Under the pieces are notes generated by a model. It had not been told where the DNA came from. It worked only from the letters and a program-made list of their open reading frames with translations, and did not search any database. From assembly GCA_043745805.1 (NCBI GenBank), contig JAYTSD010000049.1:1-29354 (forward strand): a stretch of 29,354 nt of DNA, written 5' to 3'. Below, in pieces: positions 1 through 10,365 of this stretch (its first letter is position 1; every line of letters begins with the position of its first letter). This DNA comes from Fibrobacteria bacterium. GTDB lineage: Bacteria; Fibrobacterota; Fibrobacteria; UBA11236. The translations under genes were made by a program, and so were the position numbers.

Positions 1-1259
1 AGCAAGCGCTCTTTTCAGATATTTCCACACAAGTTAATCCCAAATCATTATTGAAACTAACGTCGCAATTAAAAACGGTTAACCCGATTACACTTACCGA
101 AATTCAAGATTTAATTATCACTAGTTTTTTACCTCGATTAGATTCCACGATTTCCGCTTTAGAAAAAGTTTTTACTGAACAAGATTTTACATTCAACTTT
201 ATCGCCAATTGCAAAAAATACCAAATTGATGGCGGAGATATCGGACCTTTTCTTGCCTCCTTAAAAATCACCAAGGCTTGGATGCTCATAGTAGCAGGGT
301 TTCAATGGGATACTGCCCAAAATGGACGCTTCGATTTTTTAGACACGCTTCGTCAAATTAAAACTCGTGAATACGATGATTTGTCTCCGGGGAAAATAGC
401 TGCGCTAGATTACCTTACTCGCTTCTACAAACCTGAAAGTAATTTTTCCATCCTCAAACCCGATTGGAAAAATGCCGTACATAACATCCCCCAACTTTTA
501 TTAAGCGCTATCGAGGATGCACAAAAAGGTTTGCGTTATGCCATAGCTGAGGGTAACAATCCCAGCGCACAAGTAAATGATCTTTATGTCGTAGGGACAA
601 CTTATTATTCCGATGTAGATCCTAAAGATTTACAAAGAATAGTGGATTTACTCGAACGCACCAAAAAATATTTAACAGGTGAAGAACTTCTCACATACAA
701 CAACGGCGGCAATAATTTAAAAGTAAACTTTGCTAAAGTTTTTCAAATCGATGGCTTACAAAACTATATGCCCTATTTCATCATACTTCCGTATATAGAA
801 TGGAATGATACTTTAAGTATTGACACGGCTACTCTAAGGCCTAATATTCGCCTCAAGGCGCCATTTTATTTTACCGACGCACAAGGGCAAAAAACCTTGG
901 ATGGTATGGATTTAAAAGGTTATGACGATTCATTAAGTGCTTTAAAAGCTAAAGTGATTTTCCGCGATCCCACTTTTGGTGGAGTATTTCCTGATTTAAA
1001 TAATGAAAATATTTGGACCGCCATTCATTCGCTGGGAAAAATACAGCTTCGCGTATTTAGAACTTGTGAAGTAAATAATCCCAATGGGGTAAGAAGGGAG
1101 TGTCTCACCACCGAACCCGATTCACCTTCGGATTTAGATATTTTATATGCGGTAATTTATTGGCAAGATAATATGTTTCAGCAAAGGAATTTAACACCAC
1201 TTATTCAACCGCAAAAACTTCCTTTAAAAGAAGTTGTGAATGAAAATAATTTTCCTTAA
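1..1259 (+). CDS. Hypothetical protein, 5'-truncated by the window edge (possibly exported)
   Basis: The frame is open from position 3 through the TTG at 51, so the real start lies upstream. >400 aa with no family I recognise; contains DPTFGGVFP. Its stop shares TTAA (1256-1259) with the convergent gene. Confidence 0.7.
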   Translation, partial: QALFSDISTQVNPKSLLKLTSQLKTVNPITLTEIQDLIITSFLPRLDSTISALEKVFTEQDFTFNFIANCKKYQIDGGDIGPFLASLKITKAWMLIVAGFQWDTAQNGRFDFLDTLRQIKTREYDDLSPGKIAALDYLTRFYKPESNFSILKPDWKNAVHNIPQLLLSAIEDAQKGLRYAIAEGNNPSAQVNDLYVVGTTYYSDVDPKDLQRIVDLLERTKKYLTGEELLTYNNGGNNLKVNFAKVFQIDGLQNYMPYFIILPYIEWNDTLSIDTATLRPNIRLKAPFYFTDAQGQKTLDGMDLKGYDDSLSALKAKVIFRDPTFGGVFPDLNNENIWTAIHSLGKIQLRVFRTCEVNNPNGVRRECLTTEPDSPSDLDILYAVIYWQDNMFQQRNLTPLIQPQKLPLKEVVNENNFP

Positions 1260-1693
1260 TTTTCACCGTTTAAATGTGTTTGTAAATCTTCGTTCATATA
1301 ATCCAAAGAATATTGCGCATAGCGTTCTAAATCCCGACGAATAAAGCGCAGGCGCACTCCAGAAAAATAAAATTCATGATGAAAATGCATTTCACCTTCG
1401 GCATCTTCCTTTATGCGCATAATTTGCTCCGCTTGAAACCACCAAGTGCCCAGCTTGCTTTGCCAGCTCCAGCTCAAATATTTAGGGGCAATAAAGCCAG
1501 TGAGAATAGCTTGCACTTTGATTTTTTTTTGCGTGCGGAATTGCATATCCATTTCGAGTTTAGTATCGGGTATGGGCTGGCCTTTTACCATTAGGTTTAA
1601 TTTATTCCAACGCGGATAATTTTCGAAATCAATTAAGGTTTGCCAAATAGTTTCTGCCGAAGCAGCAATTTTAATTTCTGAAGCAATTTTCAT
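1256..1693 (-). CDS. SRPBCC/START-like (polyketide cyclase/dehydrase-like) ligand-binding protein
   Basis: N-terminal SEIKIAASAETIWQTLIDFENYPRWN matches the SRPBCC pattern; 145 aa with a C-terminal helix (MNEDLQ). Confidence 0.85.
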   Translation of the reverse strand: MKIASEIKIAASAETIWQTLIDFENYPRWNKLNLMVKGQPIPDTKLEMDMQFRTQKKIKVQAILTGFIAPKYLSWSWQSKLGTWWFQAEQIMRIKEDAEGEMHFHHEFYFSGVRLRFIRRDLERYAQYSLDYMNEDLQTHLNGEN

Positions 1694-1710
1694 AATAGTC
1701 TTTCAATAGT

Positions 1711-2511
1711 TTATAATTGGTTTGCATAAAATGAAATGTTTTTGCGATCGTTTAAAGCGGGAAATTGTTTGCGCCAATGATTTATCCTCTCTAAATCTAT
1801 AGGAGCCGAAAGTAATCCTTGGGTTGCAAATCCTTGCGCTAAAACCTCACCCTTAGGAGAAATAATACAAGAGCCGCCCACATATTCGGTACTACCTTGT
1901 TGGCCTAGGCAATTTACCGCAAAAACATACGCTTGATTTTCAATAGCACGCGCTTTTAACAAGATTTCCCAATGCGGCTGGCGCACTTTTGGCCAATTGG
2001 CTTGCACAATATAGGCATTTACACCTTTCTCCAAACCCAAGCGATATAATTCGGGAAAGCGTAAGTCATAGCAAATGGTTGGTTGAAAAACCCAGTCCGC
2101 AATATTTTGTGTGACAATGAGGTTACCTCCTTCAAAATGCTTGCTTTCATAGCCGATACTAAAAGGATGGATCTTGGCATATTGGGAAATTAAGTCGCCC
2201 ATGGGATTAAATAATAGGCTTAGGTTTTGAAAAGTTTCGCCGGTCCACGCAATAGAAGATCCCCAAATCCAACATTTTTTATCGCGCGCTAAATTTCCTA
2301 AAAAAAGTTTGTCTTCGGTAAACAAGTTTTTGGTGAGCATTTGTAACGCTTCAATATCGGTTATAAAACCGGTACTGAACATTTCCGGCAATACCAAACC
2401 ATCACCGGCTTGAATATTTTCAGTTTGAGTTAATTGGCTTACCCGAGTTCGATTTAACTCGGTTTGTCCACGATCAATGGGATATTGCAACAAATGCATT
2501 TGCATACACAA
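1711..2511 (-). CDS. Nitrilase-superfamily carbon-nitrogen hydrolase (Nit/YafV-like amidase)
   Basis: Glu-Lys-Cys triad motifs LPEMF, YAKIHPF and ICYDLRFPE, plus ARAIENQAY. True start may be the ATG at 2505. Confidence 0.92.
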   Translation of the reverse strand: MCMQMHLLQYPIDRGQTELNRTRVSQLTQTENIQAGDGLVLPEMFSTGFITDIEALQMLTKNLFTEDKLFLGNLARDKKCWIWGSSIAWTGETFQNLSLLFNPMGDLISQYAKIHPFSIGYESKHFEGGNLIVTQNIADWVFQPTICYDLRFPELYRLGLEKGVNAYIVQANWPKVRQPHWEILLKARAIENQAYVFAVNCLGQQGSTEYVGGSCIISPKGEVLAQGFATQGLLSAPIDLERINHWRKQFPALNDRKNISFYANQL

Positions 2512-2620
2512 AGGGTACGTTCAAAAATTTGTTTTGTCATGCGGCTTTCGCGAAACATAAAATGCGTTAAGGCGACAAATAACTAGTTTTAATCTCGGTG
2601 GAAACTGCGAAGGAGTCTCT

Positions 2621-5071
2621 GTGCAAATCCCTCTGTTAACCTCTTATTTTACTTGGTTACAAAAAGACAATCCCACGGGGACGGTGGAAGTTTATCCTGA
2701 GCTCGATACTAAATTCCAAAGCTCTGTTCTTGGCGTTTATATTGTTGGAGATTTAACGGGGATCCCTTTATTAAAGTTAGCTGCTCAAGGTGGATCGCGA
2801 GTGGTACGCCAAATGCAAGCCGACAAAGATTTTTTGGCCGCCAGAAAAAACAAAGCCTCTGAAAATTCAAGCTCCAAAAAATGCTATGATATTTTAATTA
2901 TTGGTGGTGGACCCTCGGGTGTCGCTTGCGCTTTGGAATGCGAAAAGCAAGGTCTAGATTATTTATTGTTAGAATCGCAACAGCTTTTTCAAACACTGGA
3001 AAATTTTCCCAAAGGTAAGCCTATTTTAGCTAAGCCGGATGAATGGAAAGAAGAATCTCCTTTAATTATTCGCGATGGCACTAAAGAAAGTTTATTGGCC
3101 GATTTACGAACTCAATTAGCAGATAAAAAATTAAAAGTCCAAACCGATATTCGCGTAGAAAAAATTGTTAAGGAAAAAGAATATATAACGTTGCAAACCT
3201 CGCAAGAAAAATTTCATGCCTTGCGTGTCGTTGTGGCAATTGGTAAAAGTGGCGATGCCCGTAAACTCAATATTGCGGGTGAAGAAAAACCCTTCGTTTT
3301 TAATCGCTTATTTGATGCCGCAGAATATAAATCTCAAAATATTATGGTCATTGGTGGTGGTGATTCTGCTTTGGAAGCCTCTATCGCTTTGGCGGAAGCA
3401 GGGAATCGTGTAAGTCATGCTTATCGCAAAGTCGCTTTTGAACGGCCTAAAGCGGAAAATCTTCTGCGCTTTAATCAATTGAGTGCGGAAGGAAAAATCA
3501 TTATCTATTTCGCTTCTGAACCGCTAGAAATACGCGACCATGAGGTTTTATTAAAGCAAAATAAAATCGAAAAAATGATTCCGGTCGATGCCGTATTCAC
3601 ATTGATAGGTAGAGAATTACCCAAGACTTTTTTTAAGCGCAGTAATATTCGCTTACAAGGTGAACGAGAAGCCTCATGGTTTGTGTTTCTTTGCACCATG
3701 CTCAGCTTTTTCACCATGTTGTATTTTGGAAAAAGTGGTCAATTCGTGGATTTGTTTAGCAAGGCTAAAACCTTTCCGCAAAAAATACTCGCCTATTTAG
3801 CAGGCCCATTCCCAGGGTTATTTGGTGGTCAGCACACCGTGCATTTGAGTTGGAGCCTTGATCATTATGCTTGGTATTCGTCTCTCAATTTAATTTTCGG
3901 TTGGTTGGGCTCCTTGGTTTTTTTGATTTCGGGGAGTGTGGCCTTAACCTTTATGTTACGTCAAAAGAAAAAATATTTTGGCAGCACTTGGGCTAAAATC
4001 AAATACGGTTACTTTATCGCTGTCGCCATAGGTTTTACGGGGGTGTATTTTCGTTATGTTATCGGACGCAATACGGGCTGGTCTGAAGAACCCACTTATT
4101 ATTATAGTTTGCTCTATTGTGTGACAATGTTATTATTCGGTTTGCGTCGAATTTATATACGTAAAAGCACCTATATTCGTTTACAAACGACCACCTTAAT
4201 TTTCGTGCAAGTTTTTTTTCTTTTCCTTTTGCCATTTTATTTATATGAAGGCTTGCTCAAACCTCATCTCGATCCCAATGGCTATGTCTTAAAAGAAATG
4301 TTTCCGGCAGGGAAATGGTCTTCTTTTGGCTTCATCCTTTTTTGGCCTTTGGATATTAATGATTTTGGCAGCAGTACATTTTGGACTTGGTTTCCTTTTG
4401 TGCAAACCTTTGGCATACTTTTTTTTCTTGTTAAGCAATATGGTAAAGGCGCTTATTGCGGATGGATTTGTAGTTGTGGCGGCATGGCCGAAACCTTAGG
4501 TGATGAATATCGAAATTCCGCGCCGCATGGAAAAAAAGCCAAGAGCTTGGAAAATATGGGCCAAATAATTTTGGCCTTCGCCTTTGCCGTAACTTTGCTG
4601 CATTTCGCGTCGCAGCATATCAGCGCGTCTCTTACTCTAGCCCATTGGGCCGACACCATTCGTGGCATTTACAAAATGAGTGTTGATGTGTTTTTTGCTG
4701 GCGTATTGGGGCTAGGCGTATATTTCTTTTATAGTGGACGCATCTGGTGCCGCTATGGCTGTCCTCTCGCGGCCATCATGCATATTTATAGCCGCTTCTC
4801 TCGTTATCGCATTTTCGCAGAAAAGAAAAAATGCATTTCCTGTAATATTTGTACCAAGGTTTGCCATATGGGAATAGACGTGATGGGCTTTGCCAATAAA
4901 GGCATACCACTCAATGATGTAGAATGCGTGCGCTGTTCGGCCTGTGTAAATAGTTGCCCTACCGAAGTTTTGTCTTTTGGTAAAATTGCCAGCATAGATG
5001 TAGAAAACAAGACTCGCCAAGAATTGCCAGAATATGGTAAATTGGATTGGAGGGCTGGAATTAAAAAATGA
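2621..5071 (+). CDS. Fusion of a TrxR-like FAD/NAD(P)H oxidoreductase and a multi-TM NapH/MauN-type polyferredoxin (2x 4Fe-4S)
   Basis: GGGPSG (FAD) and GGGDSA...YRK (NADPH) Rossmann motifs; many TM segments; CGWICSCG and [17 protein letters not shown] and [12 protein letters not shown] ferredoxin motifs. GTG start with AAGGAG RBS. Confidence 0.85.
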   Translation: MQIPLLTSYFTWLQKDNPTGTVEVYPELDTKFQSSVLGVYIVGDLTGIPLLKLAAQGGSRVVRQMQADKDFLAARKNKASENSSSKKCYDILIIGGGPSGVACALECEKQGLDYLLLESQQLFQTLENFPKGKPILAKPDEWKEESPLIIRDGTKESLLADLRTQLADKKLKVQTDIRVEKIVKEKEYITLQTSQEKFHALRVVVAIGKSGDARKLNIAGEEKPFVFNRLFDAAEYKSQNIMVIGGGDSALEASIALAEAGNRVSHAYRKVAFERPKAENLLRFNQLSAEGKIIIYFASEPLEIRDHEVLLKQNKIEKMIPVDAVFTLIGRELPKTFFKRSNIRLQGEREASWFVFLCTMLSFFTMLYFGKSGQFVDLFSKAKTFPQKILAYLAGPFPGLFGGQHTVHLSWSLDHYAWYSSLNLIFGWLGSLVFLISGSVALTFMLRQKKKYFGSTWAKIKYGYFIAVAIGFTGVYFRYVIGRNTGWSEEPTYYYSLLYCVTMLLFGLRRIYIRKSTYIRLQTTTLIFVQVFFLFLLPFYLYEGLLKPHLDPNGYVLKEMFPAGKWSSFGFILFWPLDINDFGSSTFWTWFPFVQTFGILFFLVKQYGKGAYCGWICSCGGMAETLGDEYRNSAPHGKKAKSLENMGQIILAFAFAVTLLHFASQHISASLTLAHWADTIRGIYKMSVDVFFAGVLGLGVYFFYSGRIWCRYGCPLAAIMHIYSRFSRYRIFAEKKKCISCNICTKVCHMGIDVMGFANKGIPLNDVECVRCSACVNSCPTEVLSFGKIASIDVENKTRQELPEYGKLDWRAGIKK

Positions 5072-5883
5072 AACAATATTTGGATTTAGTAAAACTGGTT
5101 TTGGAAAAGGGCGAGAAAAAAGAAGATCGCACGGGAACGGGAACCATTTCGGTTTTTGGAGCACAATGCAAATATGATTTGCGTGAAGGTTTCCCTTTAG
5201 TCACTACCAAAAAAACCCTTTTTGACGGGGTATTACGCGAGTTACTATGGTTTTTAAAAGGATCCACCAATATTAATGATGGGCTTAAGCAGTACACACC
5301 CATTTGGAATGCATGGGCCAAACCCGATGGCGAATTAGGTCCTATTTATGGCTATCAATGGCGGCGCTGGCCTAAATACACGCTCAATCCACAAAGCGGT
5401 GAATATAGTCAAGGCTCAATTGATCAAATTCAACAAGCACTCGATACCATTCGTAAAAATCCTGATTCACGACGCATCATAGTCAGTGCATGGAATGTGG
5501 CCGATATCGATTCCATGGCCTTACCGCCTTGCCACGCCTTCTTTCAATTTTATGTAGTAAATGGACGTTTGGATTTACAACTCTATCAACGTTCGGCAGA
5601 TATTGCTTTGGGCGTGCCTTTTAATATTGCGAGCTATGCTTTATTACTGCAAATGATGGCGCAGGAATGCAATCTCATCCCTGGGATTTTTACCCATACT
5701 TTGGGTGATGCGCATATTTATGTGAATCATATTGAAGGTTTGGAAAAACAATTACAACGAGAAGCTTATGCTTTGCCCAAAGTTACCATTGCGAATAAAC
5801 CTTTTTTTGATTTGCAATACGAAGACTTCACCTTAGAAAATTATATTCATCACCCTTTTATTAAGTTTGCAGTCGCTGTATGA
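5068..5883 (+). CDS. thyA: Thymidylate synthase ThyA
   Basis: [34 protein letters not shown], catalytic [30 protein letters not shown] overlap with the upstream gene. Confidence 0.98.
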   Translation: MKQYLDLVKLVLEKGEKKEDRTGTGTISVFGAQCKYDLREGFPLVTTKKTLFDGVLRELLWFLKGSTNINDGLKQYTPIWNAWAKPDGELGPIYGYQWRRWPKYTLNPQSGEYSQGSIDQIQQALDTIRKNPDSRRIIVSAWNVADIDSMALPPCHAFFQFYVVNGRLDLQLYQRSADIALGVPFNIASYALLLQMMAQECNLIPGIFTHTLGDAHIYVNHIEGLEKQLQREAYALPKVTIANKPFFDLQYEDFTLENYIHHPFIKFAVAV

Positions 5884-6518
5884 GCTTTGCTTTAATTGTG
5901 GCCATGGAAAAAAATCGCGGTATTGGTTTTCAAGGCCGATTACCTTGGCCTCGTTTAAAAGGCGATATGGCTTTTTTTAAAGATACGACGCTCGGCGACA
6001 ATCTTCGAGAGGTGATGAGCCGCTACCAAATGATTACCGCTTTCCCCGATAAACGCGTGCTTGAATTTGATAAATTAACAGAAACTTTGGGATTAAAAAA
6101 TGATCCTATTATGGCAAATCCTGAAAAACCCAATACGGTTATTATGGGACATAATACATGGAATTCCCTACCCGAAAAATTTAGGCCTTTACCTCAACGT
6201 ATGAATATGGTTTTGACTCGTGATCCCAAAAATCCCATTGCGGGATCCCATTTTCAAACGGATAGCCTAAATGAAGCGATTGATAGTGCGCAAAATAATA
6301 AGGGATTTATTTATGTCATTGGAGGAGGCCAAATTTATTTGGAAGCTTTAAAACATCCGCAATGCCAATACATAATTATTACCCAAATTTTTTCGGAATT
6401 TCCTTGCGATACTTTTTTTCCTGAACTCTCGGCTGATTTCCAACTCATCACGCGTTCGCCGCATATCCGAGAAAATGATTTAGAATATTGTTTTCAACTC
6501 TTAGAACGCAAATCTTGA
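5880..6518 (+). CDS. folA: Dihydrofolate reductase with a ~45-aa insertion
   Basis: IVA...[53 protein letters not shown] overlap with thyA. Confidence 0.95.
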   Translation: MSFALIVAMEKNRGIGFQGRLPWPRLKGDMAFFKDTTLGDNLREVMSRYQMITAFPDKRVLEFDKLTETLGLKNDPIMANPEKPNTVIMGHNTWNSLPEKFRPLPQRMNMVLTRDPKNPIAGSHFQTDSLNEAIDSAQNNKGFIYVIGGGQIYLEALKHPQCQYIIITQIFSEFPCDTFFPELSADFQLITRSPHIRENDLEYCFQLLERKS

Positions 6519-6654
6519 AATAAAAAGCCCATTTCCTCACCGCTTAAGGAACAAAAACCTTCGTTTCTCTCGTCTAAACCGAGAAATGCCTTTGCAATCA
6601 TTTGGCAATGCGAATGAATTTGTACATTAAAGGAAATTTTTCACGGCTAATCAC

Positions 6655-7320
6655 ATGACAAAGCTCATTATTGAAAAAAATTTAGAAGTTTCCAATGCCT
6701 CAACCCGATTGTTGCAGCGTGTAGCTTATGGTAAAATTAATTATTGGTCCACCTTTATCATCGACTTTAGTACGGTCTGCATTTTTGTTTTATATGACTT
6801 CATTTATAAAGAAAAATCTTTGGAATGGGGGCTGGGCGCATTACTATTTGGTTATTGCATTTGGGGTTTAACCGAATATGTTTTTCACCGTTGGATTTAT
6901 CATGAAGAAACTTGGGTATTTGGAATGGGGCATCAACGCCATCATGAAAATGCCCAAACTTTATTAGCCATGCCTTGGTTTATGACGACTTCTGGTATGG
7001 CTTTATTATGGATTGTATTTGTCTTAGTCTTACCCATCCCTTACTTCTCCAGTACTTTGGCGGGTTGGCTCGGTGGCTTTGTTTTTTATTCCTTAGTGCA
7101 TCATAGCCATCATCATTGGACCGCACGCACACCATGGATGCGCAAGCGCAAGGCTTATCATCGCATACATCATCATTTTCCTGAAACCAATTATGGGGTA
7201 ACCGTTTTGTTTTGGGATAAAGTTTTTGGAACTCGATATGAAAAAACAAAGCCTCCCATCACCAATCAAATCGATAGAAAATTAATTCACCAAGCCGAAG
7301 AATCATTACAATTGCAATAA
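6655..7320 (+). CDS. Fatty acid hydroxylase / sterol desaturase family membrane di-metal enzyme
   Basis: His boxes EYVFHRWIYH, HQRHH, HHSHHH and HRIHHH, plus NYG..FWDKVFGT and TM helices. Confidence 0.9.
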   Translation: MTKLIIEKNLEVSNASTRLLQRVAYGKINYWSTFIIDFSTVCIFVLYDFIYKEKSLEWGLGALLFGYCIWGLTEYVFHRWIYHEETWVFGMGHQRHHENAQTLLAMPWFMTTSGMALLWIVFVLVLPIPYFSSTLAGWLGGFVFYSLVHHSHHHWTARTPWMRKRKAYHRIHHHFPETNYGVTVLFWDKVFGTRYEKTKPPITNQIDRKLIHQAEESLQLQ

Positions 7321-7331
7321 AGCAGATTCTT

Positions 7332-8216
7332 CTGAAAAAAACCTTCCTATCTTGCATAAACCGCCTAATTTTTTCCATATTACTTCTCGCATTTTCGTTT
7401 TGCTTTTCTATCGAACCTCAGTATATTCAGGATCCAAAAGTTGACTTTATTTTTTTGGATATGGAACATTATACCGACACGCATAGTAATCAAAACCATG
7501 TTCATTCCAGCTCCGATTTCAATCGAATAGCCGGTCAAATCTCCTTTCCCGCTGGCTCAGTTTGGAACCGTACATTATTTGGAGTCATTAAATCAACTTA
7601 TATTGATAGAGCGATTATCTACCAAAACACCACTTTAAATGCCGATGCCTTAAAGCGGATATGGTTTTCCGGTGGCATTTCTCTTTTAAATAATCACAAA
7701 CGTAGTAGTGTCTTTATGGCTGGCATCGGTCTCAATTCAGATTGGGCTGATTTTGGATCAAAAGATTGGAATAGTGAATGGCTTTACACTTACAAATTTT
7801 TATTAAGTCCAAAATTTTCTTGGGGCATAGGTGCCGATGTGCAACAATACTTCTCCAAATGGGTACCTTATCCGCTGCTTTTTATTAACTGGCAAATCGC
7901 CGATAAAACCAAATTTTGTTTAGATGCAGATTATCTGGAGCTTAGACAATTTTGGAATGCCAAACTAGCCTTTACCGCTGGCATTCGATTTAATCTGGAA
8001 TTCTTTGCTTTAAAAAAAGATGCAAGTTATGAATACAATACCGCAGGAGCCGAAACGGGTATCCAATACGCCTTAGGAAAAGGTTTTTATTTCCGTTTAA
8101 AATATAAAGAATTAATTTGGGGAAGGGAAACGTTGGAGTTACCCGATGGTTCCCTGCATCGTGGAGGTTTTCGCGGTGGCCGAAGTTTACGGTTAAATTT
8201 TGCTTATGGAATATAA
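7332..8216 (+). CDS. Putative outer-membrane beta-barrel protein; probable CTG start at 7332 (ORF track start 7455)
   Basis: Alternating amphipathic, aromatic-rich strands and C-terminal LRLNFAYGI. The in-frame upstream extension encodes a signal peptide, (M)KKTFLSCINRLIFSILLLAFSFCFS. Confidence 0.7.
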   Translation: MKKTFLSCINRLIFSILLLAFSFCFSIEPQYIQDPKVDFIFLDMEHYTDTHSNQNHVHSSSDFNRIAGQISFPAGSVWNRTLFGVIKSTYIDRAIIYQNTTLNADALKRIWFSGGISLLNNHKRSSVFMAGIGLNSDWADFGSKDWNSEWLYTYKFLLSPKFSWGIGADVQQYFSKWVPYPLLFINWQIADKTKFCLDADYLELRQFWNAKLAFTAGIRFNLEFFALKKDASYEYNTAGAETGIQYALGKGFYFRLKYKELIWGRETLELPDGSLHRGGFRGGRSLRLNFAYGI

Positions 8217-8233
8217 GCGAGTGATTTTATAAA

Positions 8234-9064
8234 CTATTGCCGTTTGCGGTATTCCTCGAAACTAATGATTTTATTCTTTTGTCGACGCTTTATTTCACTC
8301 GCTTTATCCAGCTTTTCTTTTTCATCGGCGGTTAAAGCGCCCATGCCAAACTCGGAAATTTTTTTCAAAATGGGATCGATATCAATCATGGCTTCTTGAA
8401 CTACGACTTTTGATTTTTGCACTGCTTTATGCAAACTGGTTTCTTTACGATGTTGAAATTTCCAAAGCATATTTTCTCCCACACTTTCATAGCGTAAAAA
8501 AATAAATGCAAACAATGCACCTCCCAAATGGGTAATATGGGCGATGCCATCGTTGCTTACCATAAGTAGTATTTCAATTGCCCCAATAATCAATACCGCA
8601 TAACGCGCTTCCACCGAAAAAACAAAAAACATTTGGAATTGTTGTGTGGGGAAATATTTGGCAAAAGCAAACATCAAGGCAAACAAAGCTCCCGAGGCGC
8701 CAATAATGGGAGACATTTTTCCGGTCAAGGAATAAAACAGCAAAGAGCATAATGCGGAAAATATTCCCGCGCCTAAATAAAAGCCCAAGAATTTTTTCTC
8801 GCCCATAATTTGTACCAAGGGCACACCAAACATCCAGAGCATTAACATATTGAAAAGAATATGAAAAAAAGGTGGGTTAAGCGCATGGACAAACATATAG
8901 GTGGCAAAGCGCCAGATTTGATAATCATGAATAATGCGATAAGAATCCAAAGCAAAATAATGTTGAATCCACGCACCTTGGGTAAATAAATCCACTAAAA
9001 AAACAATAACGTTTATAATTAATAAACCTTTAACTACGCGCGGTAATAATCCCATTGGTTGCAT
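8234..9064 (-). CDS. Rhomboid intramembrane serine protease with a C-terminal soluble (DUF6576-like) domain
   Basis: WR motif, HILFNM, catalytic GASG and AHITHLGG; C-terminal IDPILKKISEFGMGALTADEKEKL. Confidence 0.92.
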   Translation of the reverse strand: MQPMGLLPRVVKGLLIINVIVFLVDLFTQGAWIQHYFALDSYRIIHDYQIWRFATYMFVHALNPPFFHILFNMLMLWMFGVPLVQIMGEKKFLGFYLGAGIFSALCSLLFYSLTGKMSPIIGASGALFALMFAFAKYFPTQQFQMFFVFSVEARYAVLIIGAIEILLMVSNDGIAHITHLGGALFAFIFLRYESVGENMLWKFQHRKETSLHKAVQKSKVVVQEAMIDIDPILKKISEFGMGALTADEKEKLDKASEIKRRQKNKIISFEEYRKRQ

Positions 9065-9072
9065 AAATTGCC

Positions 9073-9624
9073 TTAAGCTTTTCCTATAGATTTTATTTTA
9101 ACATTTTTTTTCGCTGAAGGCTTTGACTTCGGAGGAGATTTTAATCGCGATTGAAATTTTTCTTTTAAACTTTTTTCTACAAAGGCCGGCACAAATTCGG
9201 ATATATCACCGTTTAAGGAAGCGATTTCACGAATGACGCTAGAGTTCAAATAAGTGTATTTCTCATTGGGCATTAAAAAAACCGTTTCGCAACGAGTCTC
9301 CAGCTTTTTATTCATTAAAGCCATTTGCAATTCATATTCAAAATCGCTCACCGCTCGCAGTCCACGAATCAGCACTTGCGCATTTCTCTCCCGCAAGTAA
9401 TCCACGGTTAAACCTTCAAAAGACGAAACAAAAACATTTTTTAAATGTGCGGCACTTTTGCGAATAAAAGCAATACGTTCTTCCAAAGTAAACAAAGTAT
9501 TTTTTCGTACATTCACCGAAACGACCACATCCACACGAGGAAATAGCTGCGCAGCCCTTTGTAAAATATCCAAATGACCATTGGTAATGGGATCAAATGT
9601 TCCAGGATAAATTGCTTTCACCAT
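9073..9624 (-). CDS. coaD: Phosphopantetheine adenylyltransferase
   Basis: AIYPGTFDPITNGHLDI, IRGLRAVSDFEYELQMA, SS.IREIA. Confidence 0.97.
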   Translation of the reverse strand: MVKAIYPGTFDPITNGHLDILQRAAQLFPRVDVVVSVNVRKNTLFTLEERIAFIRKSAAHLKNVFVSSFEGLTVDYLRERNAQVLIRGLRAVSDFEYELQMALMNKKLETRCETVFLMPNEKYTYLNSSVIREIASLNGDISEFVPAFVEKSLKEKFQSRLKSPPKSKPSAKKNVKIKSIGKA

Positions 9625-9705
9625 AGTTCTGTCCCCCTTCTATTGCTACAGTCCACTTCTAAAATTTACAAAGTCTTAGGCCTAAGCAGCTGTTAGGTGC
9701 TGTAT

Positions 9706-10281
9706 TTAAGCTAATATACTGGCTTCTTCAGCATAAAAGAAAGCTAAAGCGCTTTCGCCATACACTTTTATTTGATCAGCTTGCTCGAACCAAATAGGCT
9801 TCACACGGCTAGGAAATTGTATCACGGCGCAGCCACTAGGTTTTACTAATGGACCAATAGCGTCCCATAAAGGATTAAAATCCTGCGTAAAGGGAGGATC
9901 GGCAAAAACAATATCAAAGCGCAATCCTTTTTTGAGATTTTCCTGCGCAAAGCGCAAGGCCGAGGATTTTACTAAGGTAACACCCATTTCCCGAATCGCT
10001 TCCCCTTTTAAAAGGTTCTCACAATTTTTTTTTAAAACCCCAAAGGATTCACTATGATCTTCCACTAAAATAACTTGAGACGCGCCGCGACTGAATGCTT
10101 CTAAACCCACCGATCCAGAGCCAGCATATAAATCCACAAATACCGATTCGGGAATATTATTACTGAGAATATTAAATAAAGCTTGGCGCACCTTGCCGGA
10201 AGTGGGACGAATGCGATTACCACGGGTATCGGTTTGTAAACCGTAACCTTTATATTTTCCACCCGTTAATGCAATAGCCAT
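9706..10281 (-). CDS. rsmD: 16S rRNA m2G966 methyltransferase RsmD
   Basis: RPTSGKVRQALFNIL, DLYAGSGSVGLEAFSRGA, FADPPF; conserved rsmD-coaD adjacency. Confidence 0.93.
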   Translation of the reverse strand: MAIALTGGKYKGYGLQTDTRGNRIRPTSGKVRQALFNILSNNIPESVFVDLYAGSGSVGLEAFSRGASQVILVEDHSESFGVLKKNCENLLKGEAIREMGVTLVKSSALRFAQENLKKGLRFDIVFADPPFTQDFNPLWDAIGPLVKPSGCAVIQFPSRVKPIWFEQADQIKVYGESALAFFYAEEASILA

Positions 10282-10365
10282 AAAATCAAATTAAATTCGG
10301 TTGCATACAAATATGAGTTTCGTGATGATTAGAATAAAAAAGTATTGCGGGCAAATCCGCAATAC

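Noticed and set aside
5068..6518. thyA-folA as phage-derived or base-modification genes
   Set aside because: ThyA keeps the dUMP-specific PFN asparagine, and no phage genes flank it.
6564..6586. Hairpin TCTCG-N7-CGAGA after folA
   Set aside because: Short stem and no adjacent U-tract; not a convincing terminator.
6603..6618. TGGCAATGCGAATGAA, sigma54-like, upstream of the fatty acid hydroxylase
   Set aside because: The -12 position reads GA rather than the required GC.
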